In this document: positions 9,545-18,591 of the stretch, one piece after another
How the letters are laid out: every line of letters starts with the position of its first letter
Numbering within the stretch: position 1 is the stretch's first letter
Origin: an uncultured Clostridium sp.
GTDB lineage: Bacteria; Bacillota; Clostridia; TANB77; CAG-508
Direction of reading: 5' to 3'
DNA length: 64,000 nucleotides
Assembly (NCBI GenBank): GCA_946497695.1
Contig: CAMMLJ010000004.1
Location: forward strand, 1,793 to 65,792
Position numbers and translations under genes: made by a program
Notes under the pieces: generated by a model
Told to the model about the DNA's origin: nothing
The model's input: only the letters and a program-made list of their open reading frames with translations
The model's database searches: none

Positions 9545-10093
9545 ATGGAGAAATATTTTAAAGATATGGACTATGAAAAAATAACCGAAGAAGAAGCTTT
9601 TAATGGAAAAAGAGTAAAAGTAAAAATAGAAAAATATTATAATAAAAGAGATAATAAAGAAGTTTATCGTGAACATATAAAAGCAGGAAATGGTGCTGTT
9701 ATAATGCCATTTTTAGATGATGATACATTAATAATGATAGAAGAAATAAGAACACCAATAGGAAAAAGTATATTAGCATTTCCAGCAGGGCTAATAGAAA
9801 AAGGAGAAGATCCGGCAACAGCAGCCAAAAGAGAATTAGAAGAAGAAACAGGATATAGAGCAGGAGAAATTGAACAAATAATATATGAATATCCAGCAGT
9901 AGGGTATTCAGACGAAAAAGTATATATTTTTAAAGCAAAAAATCTAACAAAAACACAAAGACATTTAGATCCTACAGAAGATATAAAAGTACATAAAATA
10001 CCTGTAGATGAATTAAAAGAATTATATAGAAATGGAGAGATACATTCTTCAGCAGAACTAATAGCGATATTAAGTTATTTTTCGAAAATATAG
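9545..10093 (+). CDS. NUDIX hydrolase (ADP-ribose pyrophosphatase-like)
   Basis: NUDIX box GLIEKGEDPATAAKRELEEETGY. I prefer ATG 9545 (GGAGG 5 nt upstream) over the ORF-track TTG 9533. Confidence 0.8.
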   Translation: MEKYFKDMDYEKITEEEAFNGKRVKVKIEKYYNKRDNKEVYREHIKAGNGAVIMPFLDDDTLIMIEEIRTPIGKSILAFPAGLIEKGEDPATAAKRELEEETGYRAGEIEQIIYEYPAVGYSDEKVYIFKAKNLTKTQRHLDPTEDIKVHKIPVDELKELYRNGEIHSSAELIAILSYFSKI

Positions 10094-10122
10094 TTTGCAA
10101 GAAAATATATAGAAATAGAAAA

Positions 10123-10228
10123 GAGGGAAAAAAGGAACGTCCCCAAATCCCGAGAAAGGCCACAATCCCGAGAAAATCCAAAATACCGCGGAAGGCCCGA
10201 ATCCAGAGGAAGGACAAAAAATCCCGAT
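10123..10228 (-). repeat. REP-like array (locus D): one intact reverse unit plus about four decaying tandem units
   Basis: GAGGGAAAAAAGGAACGTCCCCAAATCCCGA followed by GAAAGGCCACAATCCCGA / GAAAATCCAAAATACCGCG / GAAGGCCCGAATCCAGA / GGAAGGACAAAAAATCCCGA (17-20 nt period). Confidence 0.8.
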
Positions 10229-10239
10229 AGGAGGAAGAA

Positions 10240-11493
10240 GTGGAAAATATAATAGATGAAGCAAATAGATGTTTAAATTGTAAAGTTAAACCATGTCAAA
10301 AAGCATGCCCATTAGGAAATGATATTCCCAGTTTTATAAAGCAAGTAAAAGAAAATAATCTAGAAGAGGCTTTTAAAATTTTAACTCAAACTACAGTTTT
10401 AGGTGCAATATGTGGAAGAGTTTGTCCTCACTTTAAACAATGTATGGGTAGTTGTGTAAGAGGTATTAAATCTGAACCGATTAATATTGGAAATTTAGAA
10501 ACTTATGTTTTTGATAATGCTTTACAAAATAATTATAAAATAGAAACAAATAATAAATTAGAAGGAAAGAGAGTTGCAGTAATAGGTGGAGGTCCTTCTG
10601 GACTTACATGTGCAGCATTTTTAAGCATGAATGGTGCTAAAGTTACAATTTACGAAAAACAACCAAAGCTTGGTGGAATTACAAGATATGGTATCCCAGA
10701 CTTTAGACTACCAAGAGAAGTTATAGATAAAACAGTAGAAAAAATATTAAGTTTAGGAATAGAAGCAAAATGTAATCAGACTTTAGGAAAAGATTATGAA
10801 TTAGCAGATATAGAGAAGCAATATGATGCTGTATATTTAAGTTTTGGAGCAAATGTATCATCAAAAATGAATATACCAGGTGAAGATTTAGACGGTGTAT
10901 ATGGTGGAAATGAATTATTAGAAACAGGAATTCATCCAGATTATACCGGTAAATCTGTTGCTGTAAGTGGTGGCGGAAATGTAGCAATGGATGCTGCAAG
11001 GACTATAAAAAGATTAGGTGCAAAAAATGTATATGTAATCTATAGAAGAGCAAGAGAACAAATGCCAGCAGAAGATTACGAAGTGGAAGAAGCAATGAAA
11101 GAGGGAGTAGAATTTTTATTCCAAAATAATATTGTTAAAATAATAGGAAATGAAAAAGTAGAAAAATTAGAATGTATAAAAACAGAGCTTGTACAAAAAG
11201 AAGGAGAAAAAAGATTAGTTCCTGTGAATATCGAAGGTTCTAACTATACATTAGATATGGATTATATTGTAATGGCTGTTGGTTCTAAAGCGAATAAGGA
11301 TGTTGTAGAAAAAACAGGACTAGAAACAACTGAGTATGGAAACATAAAGGTAGATGAAAGATATATGACATCTAGAAAAGGAGTTTTTGCTGGAGGAGAT
11401 TTAATAGGAACAAAAGCAACTGTGGCTTGGGCTGCACGTTCTGGAAGAAATGCCTCAGAGGAAATAGAAAAATATTTATTAGGAGAAGAATAA
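10240..11493 (+). CDS. GltD-family NAD(P)H-dependent oxidoreductase (glutamate synthase small-subunit-like, Fe-S + FAD/NAD binding)
   Basis: 417 aa, GTG start after AGGAGG. Motifs CLNCKVKPCQKACPLGNDIP and GGGPSGLTCA dinucleotide-binding. No partner subunit gene adjacent. Confidence 0.75.
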   Translation: MENIIDEANRCLNCKVKPCQKACPLGNDIPSFIKQVKENNLEEAFKILTQTTVLGAICGRVCPHFKQCMGSCVRGIKSEPINIGNLETYVFDNALQNNYKIETNNKLEGKRVAVIGGGPSGLTCAAFLSMNGAKVTIYEKQPKLGGITRYGIPDFRLPREVIDKTVEKILSLGIEAKCNQTLGKDYELADIEKQYDAVYLSFGANVSSKMNIPGEDLDGVYGGNELLETGIHPDYTGKSVAVSGGGNVAMDAARTIKRLGAKNVYVIYRRAREQMPAEDYEVEEAMKEGVEFLFQNNIVKIIGNEKVEKLECIKTELVQKEGEKRLVPVNIEGSNYTLDMDYIVMAVGSKANKDVVEKTGLETTEYGNIKVDERYMTSRKGVFAGGDLIGTKATVAWAARSGRNASEEIEKYLLGEE

Positions 11494-11948
11494 TGGAAAT
11501 AAAGCAATTAGCAAAAGAGGATATTCCAGAATTGTTAAATTTACGAATAGAACAACAAAAAGAATATCACGAATGTTTAAATGAAGAAGAAAAATCAATA
11601 GTAGAAAATACTAGAAAATATTTGGAAGAAAATTTAAATAAAGATTTTTATATGTTTGGAGCATATATAAATGATGAATTAGTTAGTATATGTGGATATA
11701 TAGTATGGCTAAGTTTACCAACAATGACTAATATTGAAGGCAGAATTGCTTATTTATGCAGTGCATATACAAAAACAGAATATAGAGGACAAGGTATAAT
11801 AAAAGAACTTTTAAATAAAAGTTTAGAAGAATGTAAGAAGCATGGAATAAAAAGGATAAAATTAAATTCTAGCAAAGAAAATGCTATAAAAACATATTCT
11901 AAACTTGGATTTGTAAAAGACGAAACTGCAATGATACTTGATTTATAA
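11493..11948 (+). CDS. GNAT family N-acetyltransferase
   Basis: ATG overlaps the previous stop (TAATG). Acetyl-CoA motif YRGQGIIKELLNKSL. The ORF-track start 11427 lies inside the upstream gene. Confidence 0.75.
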   Translation: MEIKQLAKEDIPELLNLRIEQQKEYHECLNEEEKSIVENTRKYLEENLNKDFYMFGAYINDELVSICGYIVWLSLPTMTNIEGRIAYLCSAYTKTEYRGQGIIKELLNKSLEECKKHGIKRIKLNSSKENAIKTYSKLGFVKDETAMILDL

Positions 11949-12103
11949 ATAAAGAGTTAAATACACTTACCAAATGTTGGAAAGTGTATTTAGTATTTTG
12001 AGGGATATTAAAACGGTATATAATTTATATTAACATAAGATTTATGCTATAATATTAATTGTAACAAGCAGTAGATTCACCCATAAAGGGAGAAAGGGAC
12101 GCT

Positions 12104-12307
12104 ATGAAACTCATAGTAACAATAACTTCAAACAATGCAGTAAGCAAACTGCACGAGGTTGCGAAAAAAGAGGGATTAGCTATTTATGAAAATGGTAGAG
12201 ATATCACTCTTACAGGGGAAGATGAACATACCCTTGAAACCTTGGAAGAGGAGATTAGAGCAGAGCTTTGTGAAGGTCTGGACTATGATTGCATCTACTT
12301 AGAGTAG
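12104..12307 (+). CDS. hypothetical small acidic protein (67 aa), compositionally atypical
   Basis: ORF preceded by TGcTATAAT promoter-like element and GGGAG/AAGGGA, followed by a strong terminator. G+C visibly higher than neighbours. No recognisable motif. Confidence 0.5.
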   Translation: MKLIVTITSNNAVSKLHEVAKKEGLAIYENGRDITLTGEDEHTLETLEEEIRAELCEGLDYDCIYLE

Positions 12308-12315
12308 ATGAATTA

Positions 12316-12355
12316 AACAGAAGGGCAACTCATACGAGTTGCTTTTCTGTTTTTT
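12316..12355 (+). terminator. intrinsic terminator
   Basis: AACAGAAGGGCAACTC / GAGTTGCTTTTCTGTT 16-bp stem (2 G-U), loop ATAC, T-run. Confidence 0.8.
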
Positions 12356-12439
12356 ATATACATATACCTAAATATGTTTACTTTTTCCATTTTTTGATAT
12401 ATAATGCTTGCAAACACAAAGAATGAAGGGATGAAGTTT

Positions 12440-14857
12440 ATGTACAATTTTAAAGAGGTAGAGAAAAAATGGCAAGATAAATGGTATGCAGAAGGTACCT
12501 TTAATGCAAAAAATGATTATTCAAAAGAAAAATGGTATGGTTTAATAGAATTCCCATATCCTTCAGGACAAGGTTTACATGTTGGACATCCAAGAAGCTA
12601 TACAGCACTTGATATAATAGCAAGAAAAAGAAGAATGCAAGGATATAATGTATTATTCCCAATTGGATTTGATGCATTTGGTCTTCCAGCAGAAAACTAT
12701 GCAATAAAAAATCATGTTCATCCTAAAATAACAACAGAAAAGAATATAAATCATTTTAGAGAACAATTAAAATCTATTGGTTTTTCTTTTGACTGGTCAA
12801 GAGAAGTAAACACAACAGATCCTAATTATTATAAATGGACTCAATGGATTTTTATTCAATTATATAAACATGGACTAGCATATAAAGCAACTATGCCAAT
12901 CAATTTCTGTACAGGTTGTAAGGTAGGTTTAGCAAATGAAGAAGTTGTAAATGGTGTTTGTGAAAGATGTGGAAGTCCAGTTGTTCAAAAAGAAAAAAGT
13001 CAATGGATGCTAAGAATTACAAAATATGCGCAAAGATTAATAGATGATTTAGATGATGTTAATTTCTTAGATAAAATTAAAGCTCAACAAATTAACTGGA
13101 TAGGAAGAAGTGAGGGAGCAGAAGTTAACTTTAAAATAAGTGGAACAGATGATAATCTTCTTATTTACACAACTAGACCAGATACAATATTTGGTGCAAC
13201 ATATATGGTTATAGCGCCAGAACATAGTTTAATAGAAAAATATAAAGACAGAATTACAAATCTTGATGAAGTAGAAGAATATAAGAAAAAAGCAGCTTTA
13301 AAATCTGATTTTGAAAGAGCAGAATTAAATAAAGAAAAAACAGGTGTAGAAATAAAAGGAATAAAAGCTGTAAACCCATTAACAAACGAAGAAATTCCAA
13401 TTTGGATTTCTGACTATGTATTAATAACATATGGAACAGGTGCTATTATGGCTGTTCCAGCACATGATACAAGAGATTTTGAATTTGCTAAAAAGTTTAA
13501 TTTACTAATTAAACAAGTTATAAAAGATAAAAATTCAGAAAATGAATCAAATGAGTTAGAAGAGGCTTTTACAGATGTTAATAAAGGAATTGCAATAAAT
13601 TCAGATTTCTTAAATGGTCTAGACTCTAAAGAGGCCATAAATAAAGCAATAGAATATATAGAAGAACATAAATTAGGCGAAAGAAAAGTAAATTACAAAC
13701 TTCGTGATTGGGTATTTTCTAGACAACGTTACTGGGGAGAACCAATACCAATGGTATATTGTGAAAAATGTGGTTGGGTTCCAATTCCAGAAGAAGAATT
13801 ACCATTAAAATTACCAGATGTCGAAGATTACGAGCCAGGTGAAAATGGCGAATCTCCACTTGCAAAACACGAAGAATGGATTAATACTACATGTCCACAT
13901 TGTGGTGGAAAAGCAAGAAGGGAAACAGACACAATGCCACAATGGGCGGGGTCATCTTGGTATTATTTAAGATATATGGATCCACATAATGATAAAGCAT
14001 TAGCTTCAAAAGAAGCATTAGAATATTGGTCACCAGTAGATTGGTATAATGGTGGTATGGAACATACTACATTACACTTATTATATTCAAGATTTTGGCA
14101 TAAATTCTTATATGATATTGGTATAGTACCAACTAAAGAACCATATGCAAAACGTACATCTCATGGAATGATACTAGGAAGCAACGGAGAAAAAATGTCT
14201 AAATCAAAAGGTAATGTAATAAATCCGGACGAGATAGTAGATGAATTTGGTGCTGATAGCTTTAGGGTATATGAAATGTTTATGGGGCCTTTTGACCAAA
14301 CAGCACCATGGTCTATGGAAAGTATTAGAGGATGTATGAAGTTCTTAGACAGAGTATGGAATATGCAAGACTTTTTAGTACCTGGCGATGAATATTCAGA
14401 AAAATTCGAGAAGATGATGTATAAAGCAATAAAGAAAGTTTCATCAGATATAGAAGAGATGAAATTTAATACATCTGTTGCTACATTTATGACAATGGTA
14501 AATGAATTCTATAAAGAAAAACGAATTAATAAAGCTGAATTTGCAACATTTTTACAATTATTAAATCCTTTTGCACCACATATGACAGAAGAACTATATC
14601 AAAAAATAGGTGGCACAGAAGAATTAGCATATAAAGCTTGGCCAACATATGATGAAGCTAAAACTATAGAAGATGAAATAGAAATTCCTGTACAAATAAA
14701 AGGAAAAGTAAGAGCTACAATTACAATCATGAAAGATGAAGATGAAGAAAAAGTAAAAGAAAAAGCTAAAGAAGCAGTTGCTAGTCAGCTAGAAGGTAAG
14801 AAAATTATAAAAGAAATATATGTAAAGAATAAAATTTATAATATAGTAATTAGTTAA
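12440..14857 (+). CDS. leuS: leucine--tRNA ligase
   Basis: Class I aaRS HIGH (HVGHPRSY) and KMSKS motifs plus the full LeuRS architecture. Start at [12 protein letters not shown] (GAAGGG 9 nt upstream) preferred over ORF-track 12404. Confidence 0.95.
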   Translation: MYNFKEVEKKWQDKWYAEGTFNAKNDYSKEKWYGLIEFPYPSGQGLHVGHPRSYTALDIIARKRRMQGYNVLFPIGFDAFGLPAENYAIKNHVHPKITTEKNINHFREQLKSIGFSFDWSREVNTTDPNYYKWTQWIFIQLYKHGLAYKATMPINFCTGCKVGLANEEVVNGVCERCGSPVVQKEKSQWMLRITKYAQRLIDDLDDVNFLDKIKAQQINWIGRSEGAEVNFKISGTDDNLLIYTTRPDTIFGATYMVIAPEHSLIEKYKDRITNLDEVEEYKKKAALKSDFERAELNKEKTGVEIKGIKAVNPLTNEEIPIWISDYVLITYGTGAIMAVPAHDTRDFEFAKKFNLLIKQVIKDKNSENESNELEEAFTDVNKGIAINSDFLNGLDSKEAINKAIEYIEEHKLGERKVNYKLRDWVFSRQRYWGEPIPMVYCEKCGWVPIPEEELPLKLPDVEDYEPGENGESPLAKHEEWINTTCPHCGGKARRETDTMPQWAGSSWYYLRYMDPHNDKALASKEALEYWSPVDWYNGGMEHTTLHLLYSRFWHKFLYDIGIVPTKEPYAKRTSHGMILGSNGEKMSKSKGNVINPDEIVDEFGADSFRVYEMFMGPFDQTAPWSMESIRGCMKFLDRVWNMQDFLVPGDEYSEKFEKMMYKAIKKVSSDIEEMKFNTSVATFMTMVNEFYKEKRINKAEFATFLQLLNPFAPHMTEELYQKIGGTEELAYKAWPTYDEAKTIEDEIEIPVQIKGKVRATITIMKDEDEEKVKEKAKEAVASQLEGKKIIKEIYVKNKIYNIVIS

Positions 14858-14919
14858 ATAAGCCACTGTCCAAATCTTTGATTTGGCAACAGTGGGCTAT
14901 AGTTGACGAAGTCAACAGG

Positions 14920-14962
14920 AACATTACAGTTATGTTTTGTAACATGGCTGTAATGTTTTTTT
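14920..14962 (+). terminator. intrinsic terminator after leuS
   Basis: AACATTACAGTTATGTT / AACATGGCTGTAATGTT long stem followed by T-run. A further hairpin at 14861-14898 precedes it. Confidence 0.75.
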
Positions 14963-15037
14963 AACAATAATGTTATAGAACTTTTGGGCTAATGTAGTAT
15001 AATATAATTATCTATAGGTATACCAAGGAGAATAGAT

Positions 15038-16159
15038 ATGGGGATTGAATCTAATTTAAGAAAAGAAGGAATAAAAGTTACAGAAGAACTTGATAAGATA
15101 AAAGTTAATACTATTGCAAAGAATGTTGCTCAAAAGATTGTGGCTGCATTTCCTGAACTTGACTTTAAATTAGGGGAAGTATTTATAAAACTTTCTCAAT
15201 TAAAGATGTATTATGCAGAAGTGCCAAAGGGCTTTTCAGAAGCTAATTACTTCTACAAAAACACTTCAATTTATTTTAACCAAGAAGTCCCTATAGATAA
15301 AATAGAAAATTATGCTATTCACGAATGTATTCATTACTTACAAGAAAGAAAAGATAAAGCAGGATTTTTATTAAGGCTAGGTCTATGTGACTTAACACAA
15401 TATAAAGTTCATGGGTTAGCATTAAATGAAGCAGCAGTGCAATATGCAACAGCTAAAGCAACAAAAGAACCAAAAGATAATGTAAAATATTATGGAATTT
15501 CTTTTGATACAATTAGCCCTACTTGTTACCCATTAATATGCAATTTGATTGCACAAATGGCATATGTAACAGGAGAAAAAGCTCTTTTTGAAAGTACTTT
15601 TAATAGTAATAATAATTTTAAAGATGCTTTTATAGAAAAAACTTCTGAAGAGACCTTTTATACATTAGAAAAGAATTTTGATAAGATATTAAAACTTGAA
15701 GAAGATTTATTAAAATTAAATAATAAAATGGAACTTTCAGATAATTTAAATTCAGGACTTAATAAAAAAAGACTAAAAATAAAGAACAATATTCAAAGTA
15801 CATTTATGGAATCTCAAAATTTAATAATAACTTCTTACTTTGATAAAGCTTTTGAGAAAATTACTAACTTAGAAGAAGTAGAAAATTATAGAAGATCATT
15901 ATATAATTACAAAGATTTAGTAGGATATGTTGATGGAATTGATACATTTAACGAATATTATATAAAAACTATGAACAAATTAGAAAATAAATATAATGAA
16001 CTAGAAAGTGGAGCTTTAGCTAAAAATATTGAACAAGAGAAGGTTGGCTTACCAATTGAAAGAAAAAATAAATTTCAAGTAATATGGCAAACTATAAAGA
16101 ATTTCTTGTTTAAATCAGGAGATGAATATAAAAAAGAGACTCAACAGGAGATAAAATAA
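15038..16159 (+). CDS. hypothetical protein with HExxH motif and coiled-coil C-terminal half
   Basis: 373 aa; YAIHECIHYLQ could be a zinc-metallopeptidase motif, but no family recognised. Confidence 0.5.
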   Translation: MGIESNLRKEGIKVTEELDKIKVNTIAKNVAQKIVAAFPELDFKLGEVFIKLSQLKMYYAEVPKGFSEANYFYKNTSIYFNQEVPIDKIENYAIHECIHYLQERKDKAGFLLRLGLCDLTQYKVHGLALNEAAVQYATAKATKEPKDNVKYYGISFDTISPTCYPLICNLIAQMAYVTGEKALFESTFNSNNNFKDAFIEKTSEETFYTLEKNFDKILKLEEDLLKLNNKMELSDNLNSGLNKKRLKIKNNIQSTFMESQNLIITSYFDKAFEKITNLEEVENYRRSLYNYKDLVGYVDGIDTFNEYYIKTMNKLENKYNELESGALAKNIEQEKVGLPIERKNKFQVIWQTIKNFLFKSGDEYKKETQQEIK

Positions 16160-16200
16160 GTTAAAAGACCTAAATTATATAGGTCTTTTAATTTTATGTA

Positions 16201-16229
16201 TTGACAATAATGGAAAAACGTGTTATTAT
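16201..16229 (+). promoter_or_regulatory. sigma-A type promoter of the infC-rpmI-rplT operon
   Basis: TTGACA (16201-16206), 17-nt spacer, TG-extended TATTAT (16224-16229). Confidence 0.65.
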
Positions 16230-16235
16230 ATATGA

Positions 16236-16366
16236 GCGATTAAAGAAGAAGGGAACCACTTCCACCTTGGCTATAATAATAGAAAGGTAAATAATTAAAT
16301 ATAAATAAATATATTGTAATTATTTTAGTGGGTTAACTTGTGTCTTTAAGTTAATTCATTTTTTTA
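16236..16366 (+). promoter_or_regulatory. leader with terminator-like hairpin, candidate ribosomal protein L20 leader/attenuator
   Basis: ~130-nt untranslated leader ending in GGTTAACTT / AAGTTAATT hairpin plus a T-run just before infC. Position matches the L20 leader of Firmicutes. Structure not verified. Confidence 0.4.
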
Positions 16367-16411
16367 TTGTCTAAAAGAAAATTAGACGAAAATATATGGA
16401 GGTGTTTTAGA

Positions 16412-16921
16412 ATTAAACAAGGTTTACCTATTAACGAAAAAATAAGAGCCAAAGAAGTTAATTTAATAGACGAAAATGGTCAAAAATTAGGAGTAATGTC
16501 ACTTAACGAAGCACTTAATATAGCTTCAGAGAAAAATTTGGATGTAGCTTTAGTTTCTCCAAATACAGTACCACCTGTTTGCAAAATTATGAATTATGGA
16601 AAATATAAATTTGAGCAAGCAAAAAGGGAAAAAGAAGCAAAGAAAAAACAAAAAGTGTTCGAATTAAAAGAAATTAGAGTAACACCTAATATAGAAGAGC
16701 ATGACTTTGGTTTTAAATCTAAAAATGCAAGAAAATTCCTAGAAGATGGGGCAAAAGTAAAAATTACAGTTAGATTTAGAGGAAGAGAAGTTAATAATGT
16801 TAAATTAGGAGAAGCAGTTATCAACAAATTTATAGAAGAATTAAACGATATAGCATCTCCAGAAAAGAAACCTTTATTAGAAGGTAGAAATATGTTTGTA
16901 ATTTTATCAAAAAAAGCATAA
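16412..16921 (+). CDS. infC: translation initiation factor IF-3
   Basis: Conserved IF-3 sequence (INEKIRAKEVNLIDENGQKLGVMS...). GGAGGTG lies 7 nt upstream of an in-frame ATT at 16412, the unusual start typical of infC. The ORF-track TTG 16367 is probably too far upstream. Confidence 0.9.
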   Translation: MKQGLPINEKIRAKEVNLIDENGQKLGVMSLNEALNIASEKNLDVALVSPNTVPPVCKIMNYGKYKFEQAKREKEAKKKQKVFELKEIRVTPNIEEHDFGFKSKNARKFLEDGAKVKITVRFRGREVNNVKLGEAVINKFIEELNDIASPEKKPLLEGRNMFVILSKKA

Positions 16922-16940
16922 ATAGAAAGGAGCAATTAAA

Positions 16941-17138
16941 ATGCCAAAATTAAAAACAAATAAAGCTGCAAGCAAAAGATATGGTTTTACAGCAAAAGGA
17001 AAAGTAAAGAGAACATCTGCAAATGCAAGACATAGATTATCTACAAAAACAAGTAGACAAAAAATGTCTAGAAAACAAAATTCTTATGCAGACAAAACAT
17101 GTGTTGAAGGAATTAAAAAATTATTACCTTATGGTTAA
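16941..17138 (+). CDS. rpmI: 50S ribosomal protein L35
   Basis: 65 aa, MPKLKTNKAASKR.. basic protein between infC and rplT. Confidence 0.95.
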   Translation: MPKLKTNKAASKRYGFTAKGKVKRTSANARHRLSTKTSRQKMSRKQNSYADKTCVEGIKKLLPYG

Positions 17139-17170
17139 TAAAAAGAACGAAGAATGAGGAGGAATAGAAA

Positions 17171-17521
17171 ATGGCAAGAGTAAAAACAGCAAGAATTACT
17201 CGTAAAAAACATAAAAAAGTATTAAAACAAGCAAAAGGATATTTTGGTGCAAAAAGATACAGATTTAGAATGGCTAAACAAGCTGTTATGAAATCTGGAA
17301 TGTATGCATATATAGCTAGAAAAGATAAAAAGAGTAATTTTAGAAAATTATGGATAGCAAGAATAAATGCAGCTGCAAGAATGAACGGAATTTCTTATAG
17401 CAAATTAATAGCAGGTTTAAAGAAAGCTAATGTAACAATTAACAGAAAAATGTTAGCAGATATAGCTATAACAGATCCAAAAGCATTCACAGAGATTGCT
17501 GAAATTGCAAAAAAAGCATAA
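17171..17521 (+). CDS. rplT: 50S ribosomal protein L20
   Basis: 116 aa, [28 protein letters not shown].. Confidence 0.95.
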   Translation: MARVKTARITRKKHKKVLKQAKGYFGAKRYRFRMAKQAVMKSGMYAYIARKDKKSNFRKLWIARINAAARMNGISYSKLIAGLKKANVTINRKMLADIAITDPKAFTEIAEIAKKA

Positions 17522-17536
17522 TTAAATAAAGTTCTA

Positions 17537-17567
17537 AAATACTAGTTTGTTAAAAACTAGTATTTTT
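17537..17567 (+). terminator. intrinsic terminator after rplT
   Basis: AAATACTAGTTT / AAACTAGTATTT 12-bp stem, loop GTTAA, T-run. Confidence 0.8.
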
Positions 17568-17668
17568 GCGCATAAAAATGCATAGTATATAGTAAGAAAT
17601 CTATATATGTGCGATTGTTGTTTTTTCAATCAACATAAACTAAAAATAGGAAAGGGGGGAATATTTTA

Positions 17669-18166
17669 ATGGTAGAAGAGCAAAAAATATTATCAATTAT
17701 AGATTATATAAATCAAAATAATATTTGTGATAAATATTTAAATAAATTGAAGAATATAATCGGTAATAATGCAGAAATAATATCAAGAGTAAAAGAAAAA
17801 CAATCTGCAATAGACAAAATGAAAATAAGACGTTTTGTTTCTGCAAATCAAATAAGTGATTTTATTGGATATATGATAATCACAGACACAGTAGAAGATG
17901 TTTATAAAATTAAAAATAGAATAGAAAATAACTTGGGAAATTGTTTAGCGGAAGATTATATAAAAAATCCAAAGAATGGTTATAAAAGTATACATTTAAA
18001 CTATTTAGTAGAAAAAAATATTCCTCTAGAGATACAAATAAAAACAAAGCAAATGAAAGCAGCACAAGATATAGTGCATGATAAAATATATAAGAATTTT
18101 AATTTATCAGAAGAATTAAGAAATGTGCTTAGCAATTTAGTATTTTTAAAAGTTTTAAAGCAATAA
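17669..18166 (+). CDS. RelA/SpoT-domain protein (minimal small-alarmone-synthetase-like)
   Basis: 165 aa; RVKEKQSAIDKMKIRR, DFIGYMII, GYKSIHLNY, EIQIKT, HDKIYK match the synthetase-domain motif order. Confidence 0.6.
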   Translation: MVEEQKILSIIDYINQNNICDKYLNKLKNIIGNNAEIISRVKEKQSAIDKMKIRRFVSANQISDFIGYMIITDTVEDVYKIKNRIENNLGNCLAEDYIKNPKNGYKSIHLNYLVEKNIPLEIQIKTKQMKAAQDIVHDKIYKNFNLSEELRNVLSNLVFLKVLKQ

Positions 18167-18185
18167 AGATTTTAATCTTTATTGC
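18160..18185. terminator. bidirectional hairpin shared by two convergent genes
   Basis: GCAATAAAGAT / ATCTTTATTGC 11-bp perfect stem; both stop codons lie inside it. Confidence 0.6.
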
Positions 18186-18574
18186 TTTTTCATTTTTGGT
18201 TTAGCAATTAAAGAAGCTAAATAACCAAAGAATATTGCAGCAGCAATGCCACCTGCTGCATTTTTTATACCACCAGTAAAAGCACCAAGAAGTCCAGAGG
18301 TTTTAACACCTTCTATTGCACCTTTTGCTAAATTGTATCCAAATCCTGTAAGAGGAACAGTTGCACCAGCGCCCGCAAAATCAACTAAATATTTATATAA
18401 ACCAAGTCCACCTAAAATAACACCAGCAGTTACAAAAGTAACTAATATTCTAGCAGAAGTTAGTTTAGTTTTATCAATTAAAATTTGTCCTATTACACAT
18501 ATTAATCCACCAACAACAAAAGCTTTTAAAAGTGTGGACCATTCAAAAACAGTTGACCAATCAATATTACTCAT
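18179..18574 (-). CDS. spoVAE: stage V sporulation protein AE (SpoVAEB-type)
   Basis: 131 aa membrane protein, FVVGGLICVIGQILIDKTKLT...FAGAGATVPLTGFG. Confidence 0.85.
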   Translation of the reverse strand: MSNIDWSTVFEWSTLLKAFVVGGLICVIGQILIDKTKLTSARILVTFVTAGVILGGLGLYKYLVDFAGAGATVPLTGFGYNLAKGAIEGVKTSGLLGAFTGGIKNAAGGIAAAIFFGYLASLIAKPKMKKQ

Positions 18575-18591
18575 GAAATCTCCTCCAATCC

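Noticed and set aside
10123-10228. Could the tandem arrays (here and at 46464-46552) be small CRISPR arrays?
   Set aside because: The units are directly adjacent with a 17-20 nt period and no unique spacers, the same unit is scattered as singlets through the window, and no cas genes are present.
9972-10264. Minus-strand ORFs 9972-10217 and 10070-10264, and similarly 30073-30408, 30321-30668 and 59430-59633
   Set aside because: They are produced by reading through REP arrays or intergenic DNA (translations such as GIWGRSF and GFGDVPF are repeat-encoded). They overlap real genes or the T-box promoter. I treat them as spurious.
11949-12440. Looked for a T-box or other leader in the long GNAT-leuS spacer
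   Set aside because: There is no GGTGGTACCGCG-like T-box sequence and no stem I AGAGA/GGTGNRA pair. The region is better explained by a 67-aa ORF with promoter and terminator, followed by a short leuS leader.
16367-16411. ORF-track N-terminal extensions: infC 16367, GNAT 11427, leuS 12404, NUDIX 9533, dodecin 20340, rsmB 20471, pilin-like 22139, regulator 24179, ferredoxin 29152, 39652, mazF 40334 and smc 42906
   Set aside because: In each case a downstream in-frame start has a better-placed Shine-Dalgarno sequence and coincides with where conserved protein sequence begins. The upstream codons are non-conserved or overlap neighbouring features.
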